A DNA stretch of 64,000 nucleotides from an uncultured cyanobacterium. Its GTDB lineage: Bacteria; Cyanobacteriota; Cyanobacteriia; CAKZMO01. A program made the translations under genes and the position numbers. This document shows, one piece after another, positions 63,011 through 64,000 of this stretch. The DNA lies in assembly GCA_963719515.1 (NCBI GenBank), contig CAVRCJ010000013.1, positions 168,063-232,062 on the forward strand, written 5' to 3'. Each line of letters opens with the position of its first letter. Within the stretch, counting starts at the first letter, position 1. The notes beneath the pieces were generated by a model. The model searched no databases and was not told the DNA's origin. It worked only from the letters and a program-made list of their open reading frames with translations.

Positions 63011-63610
63011 TCACTCTACGGCTTCAGGGACAAGCTCCGTATTCAGTTCATTCACGATGCGTCGCCGTAGCTCTACTGACTCCGACCGTGGCAGGAGGTC
63101 AAAGATAGTCCGCAGGGTATCGTCAACGTCCTCAAATGGAATCGACCCCAGCTCATTTAGGACGACGTCGCCGTCTTTATCAAAGATAATTGTCTGTGGC
63201 ACAAACCCTTTATAGTAGTAGCCGGGCTCTGTTGGCTCGTAGGTTGCCTGAGGCGGAATGGCATCGGCGCTGATATAGATCAAGTCGGCGGCGCGACCAT
63301 AGAAGGCATCGATTTGAGTGAGCGTGGCTGCATAGCGCTTACAGTCCTGGCTGTCGTCAATATAGAACCCCAAAACCGTAGGGCGATCGGGGCGACTCAA
63401 AGATTGTGCCAGCGTCGCTCGGGGCGGAATCAGGGATCCGTTACCGGCATAAAGGGGGAAAATGCTGCCGTCGTAGCGATCGTCATCGAGGCCAGCTAGG
63501 GCAGGCGCGGGCAGCCAAAGAACCAGCAGAGCGCTAGCAAGGGCGAGACTAGCGACGAGCAGCCTCAAGATTCGGCGCGTCAAAGTGCGATTAAGCGGAT
63601 GGGCTCCCAT
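63011..63610 (-). CDS. Thioredoxin-like thylakoid protein (photosystem I accumulation factor family)
   Basis: Signal peptide, DDRYDGSIFPLYAGNGSLIPP, YIDDSQDCK, VPQT. Confidence 0.75.
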   Translation of the reverse strand: MGAHPLNRTLTRRILRLLVASLALASALLVLWLPAPALAGLDDDRYDGSIFPLYAGNGSLIPPRATLAQSLSRPDRPTVLGFYIDDSQDCKRYAATLTQIDAFYGRAADLIYISADAIPPQATYEPTEPGYYYKGFVPQTIIFDKDGDVVLNELGSIPFEDVDDTLRTIFDLLPRSESVELRRRIVNELNTELVPEAVE

Positions 63611-63769
63611 AAATAGTCTGCTAATGTGGCCACGAGTGGCGGGGACGACAAATATAGCCTACCTCGTTCCTCCTCTTCTGAGGCGAGAAGCGAAGTTTCC
63701 CTGCAGAGATTCACGTCTCAAAACAGAGTTTGGGGTAGAGACGGCCGTAGTTGTCTAGTTATCTGAATT

Positions 63770-64000
63770 CTAGTTATCTAAATTATTGAGCTGCTGGCTC
63801 ACGACGCTCGCGATCGCTCGGCGGCGGCGGTCTTGATCGGCGCGCACCTTCCACAGTCGATTTCCCAAACCGGGGGCATTGAGCTGCCGCGTCGTGGGAT
63901 CGACATAGGCCCAAGTTCGCGCCCACACGATAGCATCTGCTCCAAAAAGCTGGCGCTCGTAGGCCTCTGCCAGACGCTGAATATAGCCATTTTCCCCTAA
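63770..64000 (-). CDS. Hypothetical protein, 3' end only
   Basis: Open frame from the window edge: LGENGYIQRL...IVWARTWAYVDP...NAPGLGN...DQDRRRRAI, stop at 63770. Confidence 0.6.
   Translation of the reverse strand, partial: LGENGYIQRLAEAYERQLFGADAIVWARTWAYVDPTTRQLNAPGLGNRLWKVRADQDRRRRAIASVVSQQLNNLDN

Noticed and set aside
1..64000. Abundant GCGATCGC octamer as a novel repeat
   Set aside because: This is the well-known cyanobacterial HIP1 sequence

Overview
A 64-kb chromosomal window from a cyanobacterium. The HIP1 octamer GCGATCGC is very frequent, and the gene set suggests a filamentous Leptolyngbya/Nodosilinea-like organism (inference). From left to right it holds: a glycosylation locus (GT2, plus a membrane protein broken by an in-frame stop); the rimP-nusA-ylxR-infB operon with a TnpB-only IS200/IS605 element inserted inside it, both ends readable; recF, a Ca2+/Na+ antiporter and a GDSL-RTX hydrolase; a co-oriented HNH nuclease, radical SAM and TPR-CHAT protease trio preceded by a perfect 14-bp hairpin; a hybrid kinase facing an HTH-REC-degenerate GGDEF protein; rplU-rpmA; an orphan loading + fully reducing PKS module split by a 1-nt frameshift; pentapeptide-repeat genes; a bcsZ-bcsB-bcsA cellulose-synthase operon (bcsB frameshifted after its signal peptide); a pix-type phototaxis cluster with a cyanobacteriochrome MCP; htrA; a 47-48-bp tandem array; and small housekeeping genes. 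Best candidates for something undescribed are the HNH/radical SAM/CHAT unit, the orphan PKS module, and the bcs + photoreceptor-chemosensory neighbourhood with an atypical GAF domain. All calls come from reading motifs by eye; no database searches were run.
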